The notes: a model not told the origin generated them from the letters alone. Counted from the stretch's first letter, positions 1-10,704 are shown. The stretch: DNA of 64,000 nucleotides from Spirochaetales bacterium (GCA_016936615.1 JAFGXN010000141.1:6053-70052); one strand, 5' to 3'. Numbers and translations are program-made.

Positions 1-207
1 ATCGGGAAACTTTGAAAGTAGATTTAAATACATACCCATTACTGCTTGGTACTCGCTATCAGACTTAGCCTTAGATTGTTGCTTCTGAGCCTTAATCAAA
101 ATCGTCTCAGCATCAGATCCTTCAGCAATCTCGGTGTCAATTGTACTACAAGAAAAAAGTACAATCAGTAAAATCATAAAAAAACTAATATTGCGTAGCT
201 GCATCAT
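1..207 (-). CDS. Lipoprotein, 5' part only (runs off window edge); possibly BamD/TPR-like
   Basis: Not in ORF track. Manual translation MMQLRNISFFMILLIVLFSC-STIDTEIAEGSDAETILIKAQKQQ...YLNLLSKFPD; lipobox LFSC; frame open to position 1. Start could be 207, 204 or 177. Confidence 0.7.
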   Translation of the reverse strand, partial: MMQLRNISFFMILLIVLFSCSTIDTEIAEGSDAETILIKAQKQQSKAKSDSEYQAVMGMYLNLLSKFPD

Positions 208-514
208 ATTCAACATCCTCTGTAGGTAATTCCCTTTTCAACTCTCGCAGAAATTCTTTCTCACTCCCCATAGGAATATATGAGTCACAAGTTGGCTCCT
301 TTCGTCGTACTACAGTAAAATACTTATAATACTTCTCTCCGCCATTTTTCTTTTTCCACTTTCCTGCAGCGCATCTAACCCTAAGCCTAAATCGCTCCGC
401 AGTGCCTTCTACTCTTATTAACTTACAATTTTTGCAATTTGCGCAGTAAACTTTTTCTTCTTGATTTTGCTGTTCTGAGTCACCAAGCAAAACGCTGTCG
501 TTAGCGTCTGCCAT
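185..514 (-). CDS. Small Cys-rich hypothetical protein (CxxCxxC...C...C), possibly metal-binding
   Basis: 109 aa, SD GGAGG upstream; YCANCKNC, RVRC and PTC motifs. Confidence 0.75.
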   Translation of the reverse strand: MADANDSVLLGDSEQQNQEEKVYCANCKNCKLIRVEGTAERFRLRVRCAAGKWKKKNGGEKYYKYFTVVRRKEPTCDSYIPMGSEKEFLRELKRELPTEDVEYDAATQY

Positions 515-545
515 TGTTACCTCCTTAAATACTTAAGTATATGTT

Positions 546-579
546 AAAATAAAAATCCCTCCTAGTCAACGGAGGGATT
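546..579 (-). terminator. Intrinsic terminator after glgP
   Basis: AATCCCTCC-N8-GGAGGGATT perfect 9-bp stem, followed by TTTATTTT on the minus strand. Confidence 0.8.
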
Positions 580-585
580 ATAAAA

Positions 586-3114
586 TTATTGCTTTTTCGC
601 CTCATCTATGGTGTTTTGAGGTGTAATATCTGTCTTTAGCCTCAGCGATTTAACATTCCAGATCTCCTCCGCATACTGAGAGATAGTTCTGTCTGAAGAA
701 AACTTCCCAGAAGTAGCAACATTCATAATAGCCTTTTCATACCATCTACCCTTATCTTTATACAAAAGCCCTGCCTTTGTCTGAGTATCTGCATACGACC
801 GAAGATCAGCTAAATGCAAATACTGATCATAAGGGTTCTTTAAACTAGCAAGAATATCTTCAAAAATTCCTGGCTCACCAAAATTAAAGTGCCCTGACTC
901 AATAAGATCTAACGCCTGCTTAATCTCAAGGTCATTATAGTAATATGACATAGGATCATACTGGGATTTTTCGAGAGCTACCTCTTCTGCATTAAGACCA
1001 AATAGGAAGATATTATCCATTCCAGCCTCTTCAGCAATCTCAATATTTGCTCCATCGTATGTACCAAGAGTTAAAGCCCCATTACACATAAACTTCATAT
1101 TTCCAGTACCAGAAGCCTCAGTCCCCGCAGTAGAAATCTGCTCTGAGATATCAGAAGCTGGAAAGATCTTCTCAGCCAACGAGACCCTATAATTTGGTAA
1201 AAAGTGTACTCGAAGTAAATCTTTAACATCTTTGTCCTTATTTACAACCCCAGAAATATTATTTATCAACTTGATTATCTGCTTAGCCATCTTATAACCT
1301 GGTGCAGCTTTTCCTCCAAACAAGAATGTTCGAGGATGCATATCTTGGTCTAATCCAGATTTTATTCTATTGTAAATTATTATTATATTAAGAGCATTCA
1401 GCAACTGACGTTTGTATTCATGAATTCTCTTCACTTGAACATCAAAGATCGAATCGGTATTAAGGCTAAACCCATTATACTTCTGTAAATAATCAGAAAA
1501 CTTTTGTTTATTTTGTTGCTTAACAGCTGCAAACTTCTCTACAAACTCTTTATCTGTCGAGAACTTTTTCAATTTCTGAAGCTTTGGCATATCAGTTATC
1601 CAACTATCGCCAATTGTCTCGGTAATCAAATCTGCAAGAGGAGGATTCGCCTTTAATAGCCATCTTCGCTGAGTAATTCCATTTGTCTTGTTATTGAATC
1701 TCTCAGGAAAATACTCTGCAAACTCAGGAACTAACCTGGATTTTAACAACTCAGTATGAATTGCAGCAACACCATTTGTAGAATGAGATCCAACAATACA
1801 AAGATTTGCCATCCGCACCTGCTTCTCTGGCCCTTCCTCAATAATACTCATTGACTTTAACTTCTCAGGATTAGCTGGATAATGAATACAAATCTTCTCC
1901 AAAAATCTATGGTTAATCTCATATACAATCTGAAGATGTCGAGGAAGAACCTTCTCAAACATATGAACTGGCCACTTCTCTAATGCCTCAGGCATCAATG
2001 TATGATTAGTATAACCAAAAGTCTTAACAACAATATCCCACGCTGCATCCCAGCTCAAATGCTCAAAATCTATCAATATTCTCATCAACTCAGGAATAGC
2101 CAAAGACGGATGAGTATCATTTAACTGAATAGCTGCCATATTTGGAAATTCCTTCCATGGTTTGTTGGCTTTCTTAAATCTTCGAACAATATCCCACAGA
2201 GAACAAGCAACAAAAAAGTACTGCTGTTTAAATCTCAGCTCTTTTCCCAAATACAATTTATCATTTGGATAAAGAACCTTTGTCAAATTTTCCGCAAGAA
2301 CCTTATCCTTTACAGCCTCAACATAATCTCCCTCATTAAACTCACCAAAATTAAACTCCTCACCAGCCTTAGAACTCCAAAGCCTCAAGGTATTAACAGT
2401 TGTTCCTTTAAATCCAACAACAGGCGTATCATAGGCAATACCAATTACCTTCTCTGCACCTATCCAATTATGCTGAACCTTTCCCGCAATATGAACCTGT
2501 TCGACATATCCACCAAACTGAACCTCAATCTCCATGTCAGACCGTTCAATCTCCCAAGGATTTCCCTTACGAAGCCACTCGTCAGGCTGCTCAACTTGGT
2601 GTCCATTGATAATCTCCTGTCTGAAAATTCCATAGTCATATCTCAATCCATATCCATAGGCAGGAATATCTAGACTAGCCATTGAATCAAGAAAACAAGC
2701 AGCTAATCTTCCAAGACCACCATTTCCTAGCCCGGCATCTTGCTCCTCTTCTCTCAATTCTTCCCAATTATAACCAAAATCAGTCAAGACCTCTTTTACA
2801 ACATCTTCTAATTCAAGGTTGATAACATTATTACCCATTGCTCGTCCCATCAAGAATTCAAGAGACATGTAGTAGACTCGTTTTGTATCACTTTTATAAT
2901 GAGCCTGCTGTGTTGCCAGCCATCTATTTATTATTCTATCTCTGATAGTATAAGCCATTGAAAGATACTTATCATGAGGAGTAGCAATAAACCTATCCAC
3001 ACCACAAGTAAATCTCAAATGCTCTGCAAAACCCCACATAAGAGAATCTTCGTCACAGCCCTGCCTTGACAAAGAGATAAACTCTTTATCTTTATCTTTT
3101 TCTTTATTTGCCAT
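586..3114 (-). CDS. glgP: Glycogen/starch phosphorylase
   Basis: GLGNGGLGRLAACF, QLNDTHP, KRIHEYKRQ, PLP-site EASGTGNMKF. Confidence 0.97.
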   Translation of the reverse strand: MANKEKDKDKEFISLSRQGCDEDSLMWGFAEHLRFTCGVDRFIATPHDKYLSMAYTIRDRIINRWLATQQAHYKSDTKRVYYMSLEFLMGRAMGNNVINLELEDVVKEVLTDFGYNWEELREEEQDAGLGNGGLGRLAACFLDSMASLDIPAYGYGLRYDYGIFRQEIINGHQVEQPDEWLRKGNPWEIERSDMEIEVQFGGYVEQVHIAGKVQHNWIGAEKVIGIAYDTPVVGFKGTTVNTLRLWSSKAGEEFNFGEFNEGDYVEAVKDKVLAENLTKVLYPNDKLYLGKELRFKQQYFFVACSLWDIVRRFKKANKPWKEFPNMAAIQLNDTHPSLAIPELMRILIDFEHLSWDAAWDIVVKTFGYTNHTLMPEALEKWPVHMFEKVLPRHLQIVYEINHRFLEKICIHYPANPEKLKSMSIIEEGPEKQVRMANLCIVGSHSTNGVAAIHTELLKSRLVPEFAEYFPERFNNKTNGITQRRWLLKANPPLADLITETIGDSWITDMPKLQKLKKFSTDKEFVEKFAAVKQQNKQKFSDYLQKYNGFSLNTDSIFDVQVKRIHEYKRQLLNALNIIIIYNRIKSGLDQDMHPRTFLFGGKAAPGYKMAKQIIKLINNISGVVNKDKDVKDLLRVHFLPNYRVSLAEKIFPASDISEQISTAGTEASGTGNMKFMCNGALTLGTYDGANIEIAEEAGMDNIFLFGLNAEEVALEKSQYDPMSYYYNDLEIKQALDLIESGHFNFGEPGIFEDILASLKNPYDQYLHLADLRSYADTQTKAGLLYKDKGRWYEKAIMNVATSGKFSSDRTISQYAEEIWNVKSLRLKTDITPQNTIDEAKKQ

Positions 3115-3129
3115 AGTTTCCTCCAGTAA

Positions 3130-4431
3130 TTACATCCACTCTTTGTGTTCATCAACAATACTTATACAATAAGTATCGTGTATTTCTTTTGTAGATTTCA
3201 AGGATTCTAAAGCCTTATTTATATTTCCTTGAGTAGTTCTCTCAGTTGTGATAACAACTGGAATAATATCTGGATTTCTAGACTCTTTCTGAAGGACACT
3301 TGAGATTGAAATTGACTCATTCTCCATGATCTTTCCAATCTTAGCAAATACTCCAGGAACATTGTCAACCATAACTCTAAGATAATATCTCTCTTCAATC
3401 CTCTCTTCAGGTAGAAGAGTAGCTGCTTCAGTAAGATCTGGCCAAATTTTTAACTGACCAAAACGTGAATCACCTAGACCAATAGAGACAATATCTGAAA
3501 CAACTGCTGAAGCAGTTGGATTACCACCAGCACCTCGACCATAATACATTGTATGACCAACGCGACTGCCATAGACACTTACAGCATTAAAACTTCCAGA
3601 AACCCACGCAAGAGGGTGATCCTTCGAGATAAAAGCAGGACGAACGCGCAAAGACAATCCATCCTCCCTCTTTTCAGAGATAGCCAACAATTTAATGGTA
3701 TATCCTAACTCCTGTCCAAACTTCAAGTCGATTAAATTTAGATTATTGATACCAGTTACTGGAAATTCCTGCACTCCAACACTTTTTCCATATGCAAGAG
3801 AAGAGAGAATCGCCAACTTATGGGCAGAATCATGACCACTTACATCTAGAGTTGGATCTGCCTCGGCAAGACCATCAGCCTGAGCCTGCTTCAAAACCTC
3901 ATCATACTTCTTACCCTTATCAATCATCTCAGAAAGGATAAAATTACAGGTTCCATTCACAATTCCGTAAATAGCCCTATTCTCATTCGCAATCAACCCA
4001 TCATACAAGGCCCTAACAATCGGTATTCCGCCCCCACAGCTAGCCTCAAACGCAACTGAGACACCGTTGTCTCTCGCAATCTTAAACAGTTCTGCTCCCT
4101 TCTTCGCAAGTAATGCCTTATTCGCAGTAACAAGATTCTTGCCAGCCTTCAGAACCTGCACAGAGTAATCGAAGGCAAAAGTAGTTCCGCCAACTAACTC
4201 GACAACAAGATCTATCTCTTTGTCATTAATAATCGTATCAAAACTCTGCGCAAAATAATCAGAAGTAATTCCTAACTCAATACCTTTCTGAAAATCCTTA
4301 GCAAAGATATATTTTAAATTATATTCAATTCCCGTTCTCTTGGTTATCTGATCTTTATCTCTAATTAAAATATCAGCAGTATAAGAACCTACTGTACCAC
4401 ACCCAATAATTGCAACATTAAATTTTTTCAT
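3130..4431 (-). CDS. hom: Homoserine dehydrogenase with C-terminal ACT domain
   Basis: GCGTVG Rossmann motif, VTANKA, FEASCGGGIP, GIVNGTCNFIL, AEADPTLDVSGHD. Start moved to ATG 4431 because SD AGGAG precedes it. Confidence 0.95.
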   Translation of the reverse strand: MKKFNVAIIGCGTVGSYTADILIRDKDQITKRTGIEYNLKYIFAKDFQKGIELGITSDYFAQSFDTIINDKEIDLVVELVGGTTFAFDYSVQVLKAGKNLVTANKALLAKKGAELFKIARDNGVSVAFEASCGGGIPIVRALYDGLIANENRAIYGIVNGTCNFILSEMIDKGKKYDEVLKQAQADGLAEADPTLDVSGHDSAHKLAILSSLAYGKSVGVQEFPVTGINNLNLIDLKFGQELGYTIKLLAISEKREDGLSLRVRPAFISKDHPLAWVSGSFNAVSVYGSRVGHTMYYGRGAGGNPTASAVVSDIVSIGLGDSRFGQLKIWPDLTEAATLLPEERIEERYYLRVMVDNVPGVFAKIGKIMENESISISSVLQKESRNPDIIPVVITTERTTQGNINKALESLKSTKEIHDTYCISIVDEHKEWM

Positions 4432-4497
4432 CGCATTACTCCTTTTAGACAATATATCATATTTATACTATATAAAATTTTATATAAAAAATCTATC

Positions 4498-5628
4498 CTA
4501 ATTTATCGGTCTACTATTCTGCCATCGAATTATTTCAGATTCCAAGTTCAAAGTAGTGTTTCCCCTTAAATTTTCAAATATCCAATCTACAAGAACCTGC
4601 TCGTACAGATCATTTAAATTCTCAGCAACTGGATAGACAACGCGAATATCCTCATCAAATGGAATCCTATTATTTAATTCAGGGAAAAACTCCGGATACA
4701 ACTTCTGCGAAACATCCATAACTGATGAAAATCCACCAAACAGCCCAAAATCCTCTTTTCTATTCTTTTGTCCAAGAAAAAGCAACTTGCTCTGTGTCTC
4801 ATAATCCAACAACCACTCCAAAAAAGCAAATGCTGCTACGGAATTCTCTGCAGAATCTGGAACACCAGCATAGACCGCATTTGAACCTACAGTAATCTTC
4901 CCCTCATTCTTAATCCAAGCATAACTCAACTTATCCTTATAAAATTTAGGAATTTTATTGTAAAAATTAAAATTCTCCGCAACTGAATTTACCTTGCGGC
5001 TATTTAAGATATACAAATATTTAGAAGTATTCTCAAGATCCTCATACAGAATAGGATTTGACTCATACACAACTTTAATATCGTCTAAAGTCTTCTCTGC
5101 TATCAGAGTCAAATCTTTCTTAAAAGAGTTCTCATTCAAAAGAAAAAAAGCAAACTTCCTTGATATCAATATATCTGAATCCTCTGCAAGACAATCAGCT
5201 AATGAAAAAAAACCATCATCCAACCGTAGCGAAGAATCCTTTGAATAGATCAAACAAGGAATAGAAAAAGCCATAGGAACAACCTTGATACGAGAACCAA
5301 ATTGCCCCTGTTTAAGCAAATCAGAATAGAAAAAATCTTCGTTCATATTATTTTTGGACAAGAATTTATTCATCGACTTCATCTTCTGCATCGTCTGAGG
5401 ATTATTAAGCTCACGACCAATAACAAGATCTACGCGTGAAGCCTCTTTCACCACTGATCTTGATGGAGACTCCTTGTAGACAATATTGATTTTATACCTA
5501 TCTTGACTCTTATTAAAGACATCTGCATACAATATCAGTTGATTCTGATCTGTCCAGACAGTGACAGAGGGGTCAGAACATGAGACAAAAATAATAGAAA
5601 ACAAGATAAAATAAATAAAATTTTTCAT
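4498..5628 (-). CDS. Lipoprotein, divergent extracellular solute-binding-protein-like
   Basis: Lipobox IFVSC; SBP-like N-terminus (VTVWTD...FNKSQ...YKINIVY) and AAFAFLEWLL motif; no ABC permease adjacent. Confidence 0.65.
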   Translation of the reverse strand: MKNFIYFILFSIIFVSCSDPSVTVWTDQNQLILYADVFNKSQDRYKINIVYKESPSRSVVKEASRVDLVIGRELNNPQTMQKMKSMNKFLSKNNMNEDFFYSDLLKQGQFGSRIKVVPMAFSIPCLIYSKDSSLRLDDGFFSLADCLAEDSDILISRKFAFFLLNENSFKKDLTLIAEKTLDDIKVVYESNPILYEDLENTSKYLYILNSRKVNSVAENFNFYNKIPKFYKDKLSYAWIKNEGKITVGSNAVYAGVPDSAENSVAAFAFLEWLLDYETQSKLLFLGQKNRKEDFGLFGGFSSVMDVSQKLYPEFFPELNNRIPFDEDIRVVYPVAENLNDLYEQVLVDWIFENLRGNTTLNLESEIIRWQNSRPIN

Positions 5629-5634
5629 GATTTT

Positions 5635-5663
5635 AGATTACGTTTTTTTAGGATGGTTGTCAA
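5635..5663 (-). promoter_or_regulatory. Sigma70 promoter, leaderless geometry, for 4498..5628
   Basis: TTGACA-17-TAATCT-6 nt-ATG. Confidence 0.7.
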
Positions 5664-5704
5664 TCTTCAAAATAAATGATAAAAGCTATAAGGAGAAAAA
5701 TAAA

Positions 5705-6694
5705 ATGTACCTTTCCTATAATGAATATTTGCAAGAAAAATACAAAGCTAGAGTCTACAGAATCGGCGTAGATGCTGGTTTTAGTTGTCCAAATAGAAAA
5801 AATGGAAGGAACTCTAAAGGTTGCGCCTTCTGCGATGAGTTTGGTGCTAGAGCTGTATACATAAGAAATGAAGAACAGCAGAACCTCGAAATTGCAAATG
5901 AATTATCAAAAGGAAATCTAGAAAATTTCCCAGACAGCTACACAAAACACGGAATAGAGCTACAAATCAAAAGAGGAATAGAATTTTCCATAAAAAGATA
6001 TAAGGCAGAAAAATTTATCCTATATTTTCAGGCATTTTCAAACACAAATGCAGAACCTAAAATCCTCGAAGAGATCTACCAGCACGCACTTAACCAACAC
6101 AAATTCGAAGAATTCATAATATCTACACGACCTGACTGCATAACAGAAGAGATTGCGCAACTTTTACAAAGAATAAAAGAACAGAACAAGATCGAATTAT
6201 GGGTTGAACTCGGACTACAGACAGCAGATGACTCAATCCTCGAGAAAATAAATCGCGGACACAACTACTCAGACTTCCTCGACGCGTTTAACCTTCTCCG
6301 CAGCCATGGAATAAAGATCGCCACCCACCTGATAATCGGGTTACCAGGCGAAGATGATGCCTCTTTCAGAAGAACAATTAAATCTGTCGCACAACTCCAC
6401 CCCGAAGGGTTAAAGCTCCACAACCTACACATTGTAAAAAAGACAGCATTTGGACGACAATACCTGCGCGGAGGGAACATTGCGGCACCGTCGATGGATC
6501 GATACCTTGACAAAGTAATCTACATTGTCGAACAGATGCCGCAAGAGACAATAATTATGCGAGTAACCTGTGATACGCCACGTGACAAGCTTCTTGCACC
6601 TGCTCGAGACACAAAAAAAGTTGCATTTGTCCAACAATTAAAGGATCAAATGCAACTTCGTAACTCTTTTCAAGGCAAAGAATTCAAAAATTAA
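5705..6694 (+). CDS. Radical SAM protein, YhcC/TIGR01212 family
   Basis: GFSCPNR...GCAFC cluster motif, YFQAFSNT, STRPDC, ELGLQT, INRGH, KLHNLHIVKKT. Start set at ATG 5705 after SD AGGAG. Confidence 0.9.
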   Translation: MYLSYNEYLQEKYKARVYRIGVDAGFSCPNRKNGRNSKGCAFCDEFGARAVYIRNEEQQNLEIANELSKGNLENFPDSYTKHGIELQIKRGIEFSIKRYKAEKFILYFQAFSNTNAEPKILEEIYQHALNQHKFEEFIISTRPDCITEEIAQLLQRIKEQNKIELWVELGLQTADDSILEKINRGHNYSDFLDAFNLLRSHGIKIATHLIIGLPGEDDASFRRTIKSVAQLHPEGLKLHNLHIVKKTAFGRQYLRGGNIAAPSMDRYLDKVIYIVEQMPQETIIMRVTCDTPRDKLLAPARDTKKVAFVQQLKDQMQLRNSFQGKEFKN

Positions 6695-7986
6695 TCAAAT
6701 AATTTATCCGCTGCCTCAAAAATACAGTTATATAAATCTTCTATATTCTCTACATCTACACTTGAGAAAGCAACTCGAAGATATTTCTCCTGCAAACAGA
6801 TTGTTCCAATTCCATAATCTTGTAACAACTTCTTCCTCAACTCTTCTGCACTTCCATCAACAACAAAGTTCATAAAATATCCAGAATTAAAAGGTTGCGG
6901 AGTTAAAGCCTTCCCAGTAGTGCGTTTTGCAATAACCTCTTTTACCTTGTGGTATCTCTCTTTCAACAAAGCATCATAAGAAGCTCGCTCAGCCTCATAA
7001 CCTTCTGAATTAAGAGCTTTTAATAGAATATTCTGTGCTGGCATAGAAGAATTAGAGAATACACCTCGAAGACCACCTGCAACCTTCTTCGCAATAGCAT
7101 CATACTGTTTGTCAGACAATCCAGCACCACCGAAAGTTACAAAGCCAACTCTGAAACCCCAGACAAAATGCTCTTTTGTAGGACCATCAACCTTCACTGC
7201 TAGAATATTTTCATCAAGGCTTGCTAACTCAGCAAAAATAGATTGCTTGTAAGTCTCTTCTTCATAAAAAAGACCAAAATACGCATCATCAACTATAGCA
7301 AGAATCTTAAGACCTTTCTGTGCAAGAGCCTTAAATCCAGCCTTAACCTTTGCTACCTCTTCACAACTAGGAGAGTATCCAGTTGGGTTATTTGGAAAGT
7401 TTAATATTACATAAACCTTTCCATCAACAGCAGATTCTTCCATACACTTAAGAAGTCCATCGACATTTAGACCGCCATTTTCTGAGAAAAATTCAAATAA
7501 AACAACATCAGCCTCATTCTTCTCAGTAAAAATAAGATCATAATTCTCCCAATACATATTAGGAATAACAATCTTTTTTCCTTTTTCAAGAAAAAAATCA
7601 CCAATCTGAGATATTCCACCAGTCAACCCTGGAACAACCAAAGGAAGAGAAAGCTCTACTCCATTTAGCCCTGGATTCTTTCTGTATATCTCCTCTTTCC
7701 ACTTATTTCTAAGAGCAAGAACACCAGGAGAAGGCGCATAAGAGACAGTCTCAGCTGGAGTTAAACCTGGAAGCATAGCTTTAACAGCTGAATGCTCTAT
7801 TGGAGTTCGATTAGAGACAGCCATTCCAACAGTCGCATTATATCTCTTTGCTAACTGAGCCGCCTCACCAGACTGTGCAACAATTCCATTTACAGGAAAG
7901 AACATTCTCTTTCCGTAATCCGACAACAGTTCGAAGGCAGCAGTGCCTTTGAGAATTTCATTTAATCCAATTGCTAGTTCGTTCAT
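6691..7986 (-). CDS. PLP-dependent aminotransferase class I/II
   Basis: NFPNNPTGY, DDAYFGL, GPTKEHFVWGFRVG. Start set at ATG 7986 from promoter geometry. Confidence 0.9.
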   Translation of the reverse strand: MNELAIGLNEILKGTAAFELLSDYGKRMFFPVNGIVAQSGEAAQLAKRYNATVGMAVSNRTPIEHSAVKAMLPGLTPAETVSYAPSPGVLALRNKWKEEIYRKNPGLNGVELSLPLVVPGLTGGISQIGDFFLEKGKKIVIPNMYWENYDLIFTEKNEADVVLFEFFSENGGLNVDGLLKCMEESAVDGKVYVILNFPNNPTGYSPSCEEVAKVKAGFKALAQKGLKILAIVDDAYFGLFYEEETYKQSIFAELASLDENILAVKVDGPTKEHFVWGFRVGFVTFGGAGLSDKQYDAIAKKVAGGLRGVFSNSSMPAQNILLKALNSEGYEAERASYDALLKERYHKVKEVIAKRTTGKALTPQPFNSGYFMNFVVDGSAEELRKKLLQDYGIGTICLQEKYLRVAFSSVDVENIEDLYNCIFEAADKLFD

Positions 7987-7992
7987 ACAAAA

Positions 7993-8021
7993 AGTAAACA
8001 AATTTTATTACACTTTGTCAA
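7993..8021 (-). promoter_or_regulatory. Sigma70 promoter, leaderless geometry, for the aminotransferase
   Basis: TTGACA-17-TTTACT-6 nt-ATG. Confidence 0.55.
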
Positions 8022-9079
8022 TTAGATTTTTTTACAAATTCATAATAATTCTCCAACTTTGTTGCAGTTTCTCGCAACAAATCAAACTTAGAATGCTTAT
8101 AAGCAAAGACCATTTGCGTTAAAATTTCAATGTATTCATTTTCAGCCCTATTTATATGCTTGATTTTTTCATTATTTAAATAACTTGTTACATTTATTGA
8201 ATAAATCAAAATAGATTGAAGTAGGGCTTTTTTTGACATCCACGACATACCTAAATTCGTCCCTTTCAGTAATTTCTCAAGATAATTCACTGCAGAATCA
8301 CCTAATGACAAAATATCCACAATATCTATCTTTGGAATAGCCCCTTTCTCTATATCAAAAAGCACTGGAGCTGGAGAAGCATTTATATTGTAAGGACAAG
8401 AATCCTGGCAGAACATACACCCATAGATAAATCTATCACGCGAGACAATCTCTTCAAGAGAGAGAGCTCTCTCCTCCACAATTGAATTCTGAAAACAGCG
8501 CTGACGGTCAAATCCCGAAGCAGAAGAAATTGCAGCAGCAGGACACACCTCCGAGCAGATTGTACAATCTCCACACATCGAATCTAAAATCTCCCCATTA
8601 AATAAATAATCATCAAGATCCTCATCATTTGGAAGAATAAAGCCTCCAATCAAAAACTTTGACCCGCAATCAGGATGGATTAGCAATGAGTTTTTCCCAA
8701 TAAAGCCTAGACCCGAGGACAAACCGAGAAATTTCTCAGGTAGCCTTGAATTTGCAAAGAATCTAACGTCAGATTTTGTCAAATACTTCGACTCTCGATA
8801 TTCACGAGTCATAGCCTTCAACCGCACAACAATCTCCCTGTAGTAATTTTTCCTAGAGAAAGGGGCAACAATCTCATCAAGAAAAACCCTGCCCTGTGAA
8901 AAAAAAGAATAATCTTCTGGAAAAAATGCCGATACTATAAAGACAAGCTTATCCGAATTAGCAAGCTGAAGAATTTCTTCATCACTACTATTGAATTGGC
9001 TCAACTCTTTTGCTGGAATAGCGTTACAAGAGGAGAAACCATAACTGAAGTAGTCAAAAGGAAATTTTTTAGTTGGCAT
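8018..9079 (-). CDS. queG: Epoxyqueuosine reductase QueG-like 4Fe-4S protein
   Basis: LPEK...GLGFIGKNSLLIHPDCGS, CGDCTICSEVCP, YGCMFCQDSCPYN. Confidence 0.75.
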   Translation of the reverse strand: MPTKKFPFDYFSYGFSSCNAIPAKELSQFNSSDEEILQLANSDKLVFIVSAFFPEDYSFFSQGRVFLDEIVAPFSRKNYYREIVVRLKAMTREYRESKYLTKSDVRFFANSRLPEKFLGLSSGLGFIGKNSLLIHPDCGSKFLIGGFILPNDEDLDDYLFNGEILDSMCGDCTICSEVCPAAAISSASGFDRQRCFQNSIVEERALSLEEIVSRDRFIYGCMFCQDSCPYNINASPAPVLFDIEKGAIPKIDIVDILSLGDSAVNYLEKLLKGTNLGMSWMSKKALLQSILIYSINVTSYLNNEKIKHINRAENEYIEILTQMVFAYKHSKFDLLRETATKLENYYEFVKKSN

Positions 9080-9127
9080 ACAAAAATATTGTATATTATT
9101 TTTCGGAAATAGTGTATATTAAAAAAG

Positions 9128-9156
9128 TTGACATAAGCTGCTTTTTTAAATAGATT
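9128..9156 (+). promoter_or_regulatory. Sigma70 promoter (leadered) for 9187..10704
   Basis: TTGACA-17-TAGATT; AGGA SD before ATG 9187. Confidence 0.55.
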
Positions 9157-9186
9157 TATAATGGGCTTTTACTACAGGAAAACACA

Positions 9187-10704
9187 ATGGCATTTTTAGA
9201 TGATTTTTTAACAAAGATTTCAGGACTCTTTTCGCCAGAAAGTGGCAAACCAGGCAAAAAAGAACTAAAACAACTTGCAAAATCAATAAAAAAGAATAAA
9301 TACAACTTCTACCGCCCACGAATAAACGAGGTAGACCCTAATCTAGCAAAATTCCTCTATCAAATATACAGATTCACAGGACCATTGCACAAACCTCTTG
9401 AAAGATATGACTCATCCGAAGCAATCAAACAGCTGATGGTAGACAGATATCTTCCTGAAGATGTACTAGAAATGAAATCAACATTTTCAGAATCTTCTAT
9501 AAGAATAATGTTTCAAACTAACAACTCAAATATTGTAATGAACCAATTGAAGAAGAATTTCGCGGCATTTAAGAAGATGATAGGCAAAAGTGGAATGCAA
9601 GAGATAAACCACAACTACAGAGCTCTTCTCTCTTTTATTGCGCTAGTGAAATTTGATCTCTACTATGTCTTGAAAAAATTCGATCCAAAGTTACCAGAAC
9701 TTGATTTCGTGTACAAGACAAGATTCGAACCAATAATTGGTCAAAAGATTGTCGACGATATGAAAGATTTCTTAGCAATAATATACAATATTGAGCCAGC
9801 AACAGATTGGGCAGAGATCTTTACATTTATCAACGAGTACCGAGGCTCAGATGTAATACAGGACTCAGGCTGGAAAAAGATCCTAAAAAGCATCGAAGAT
9901 ATAAAAAAATCCAGAATTCTTGAGATGATGATAAGTCTTATTGACGAGGATCCAAACTTCACTGTGAAGACCTTCCCTGCAAAAGAGAATATAGTAGCAA
10001 CATATGTCGATAAAGAGGGAAATGAACTACAAAAAAACCTAAAAAATATTATCTCCGAGAAGAAAGATTCTAATATAAATGAATTTGTGAAGCGTATATT
10101 TGGAAAGATTCCACCAAACAGGGTAAAATACTACAGCGACAAACTGAATGAGGCTATTCTAGCTAAATCAGAGACAGGGTTCATCTACAAGGGTGCAATA
10201 AATTTTCTTAAATCATTTTTTCTAGATTTTCTTAAAAAAGATATACGAGAGGTATCAAATATCTACCTGATCAGAGGAAAATGGTTCTCAACAGTAACAA
10301 GCCAGAACTTCTCAGATTGTTTCCACAGATTGCTAGAACTCTCTGATGAATTAATGGAGTTTGATAACTCACTAAGCGAAGAGTTCAGGCGTGGCGCTGC
10401 GATCAAGGCATACACTAAGCTTTCTGAACGAGATAAATCTGGTGCAGCAATTCTTGAGAGAATAGTCAAAGAGATAAACGAGGAAGCAAAACAGATTGTT
10501 GTAGAATCGGCGCAAAACCTAATAAATCTTGCAAGAATACTCAAAACCGTAATCGAAGACAGCAAGCTTAAGACTCACAAATACATTAACAACTGGAAAG
10601 AGTTAGAGCAAGCACACAAAGGCGACCTTGTTGAAGATAGTATGGAAGTCTATAGAAAAATCTACGACATGGTCAAACTTCTCCAGCTATACATCGCAAA
10701 GTAA
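9187..10704 (+). CDS. Conserved spirochaete helical protein (DUF5312-like)
   Basis: 505 aa all-helical; KKELKQLAKSIKK, FDLYYVLKKFDP, YINNWKEL motifs recalled for this family. Confidence 0.7.
   Translation: MAFLDDFLTKISGLFSPESGKPGKKELKQLAKSIKKNKYNFYRPRINEVDPNLAKFLYQIYRFTGPLHKPLERYDSSEAIKQLMVDRYLPEDVLEMKSTFSESSIRIMFQTNNSNIVMNQLKKNFAAFKKMIGKSGMQEINHNYRALLSFIALVKFDLYYVLKKFDPKLPELDFVYKTRFEPIIGQKIVDDMKDFLAIIYNIEPATDWAEIFTFINEYRGSDVIQDSGWKKILKSIEDIKKSRILEMMISLIDEDPNFTVKTFPAKENIVATYVDKEGNELQKNLKNIISEKKDSNINEFVKRIFGKIPPNRVKYYSDKLNEAILAKSETGFIYKGAINFLKSFFLDFLKKDIREVSNIYLIRGKWFSTVTSQNFSDCFHRLLELSDELMEFDNSLSEEFRRGAAIKAYTKLSERDKSGAAILERIVKEINEEAKQIVVESAQNLINLARILKTVIEDSKLKTHKYINNWKELEQAHKGDLVEDSMEVYRKIYDMVKLLQLYIAK

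Noticed and set aside
4469-4486. 18-bp perfect palindrome TATATAAAATTTTATATA upstream of hom
   Set aside because: Low-complexity, all-A/T sequence in an AT-rich intergenic region; cannot be distinguished from chance
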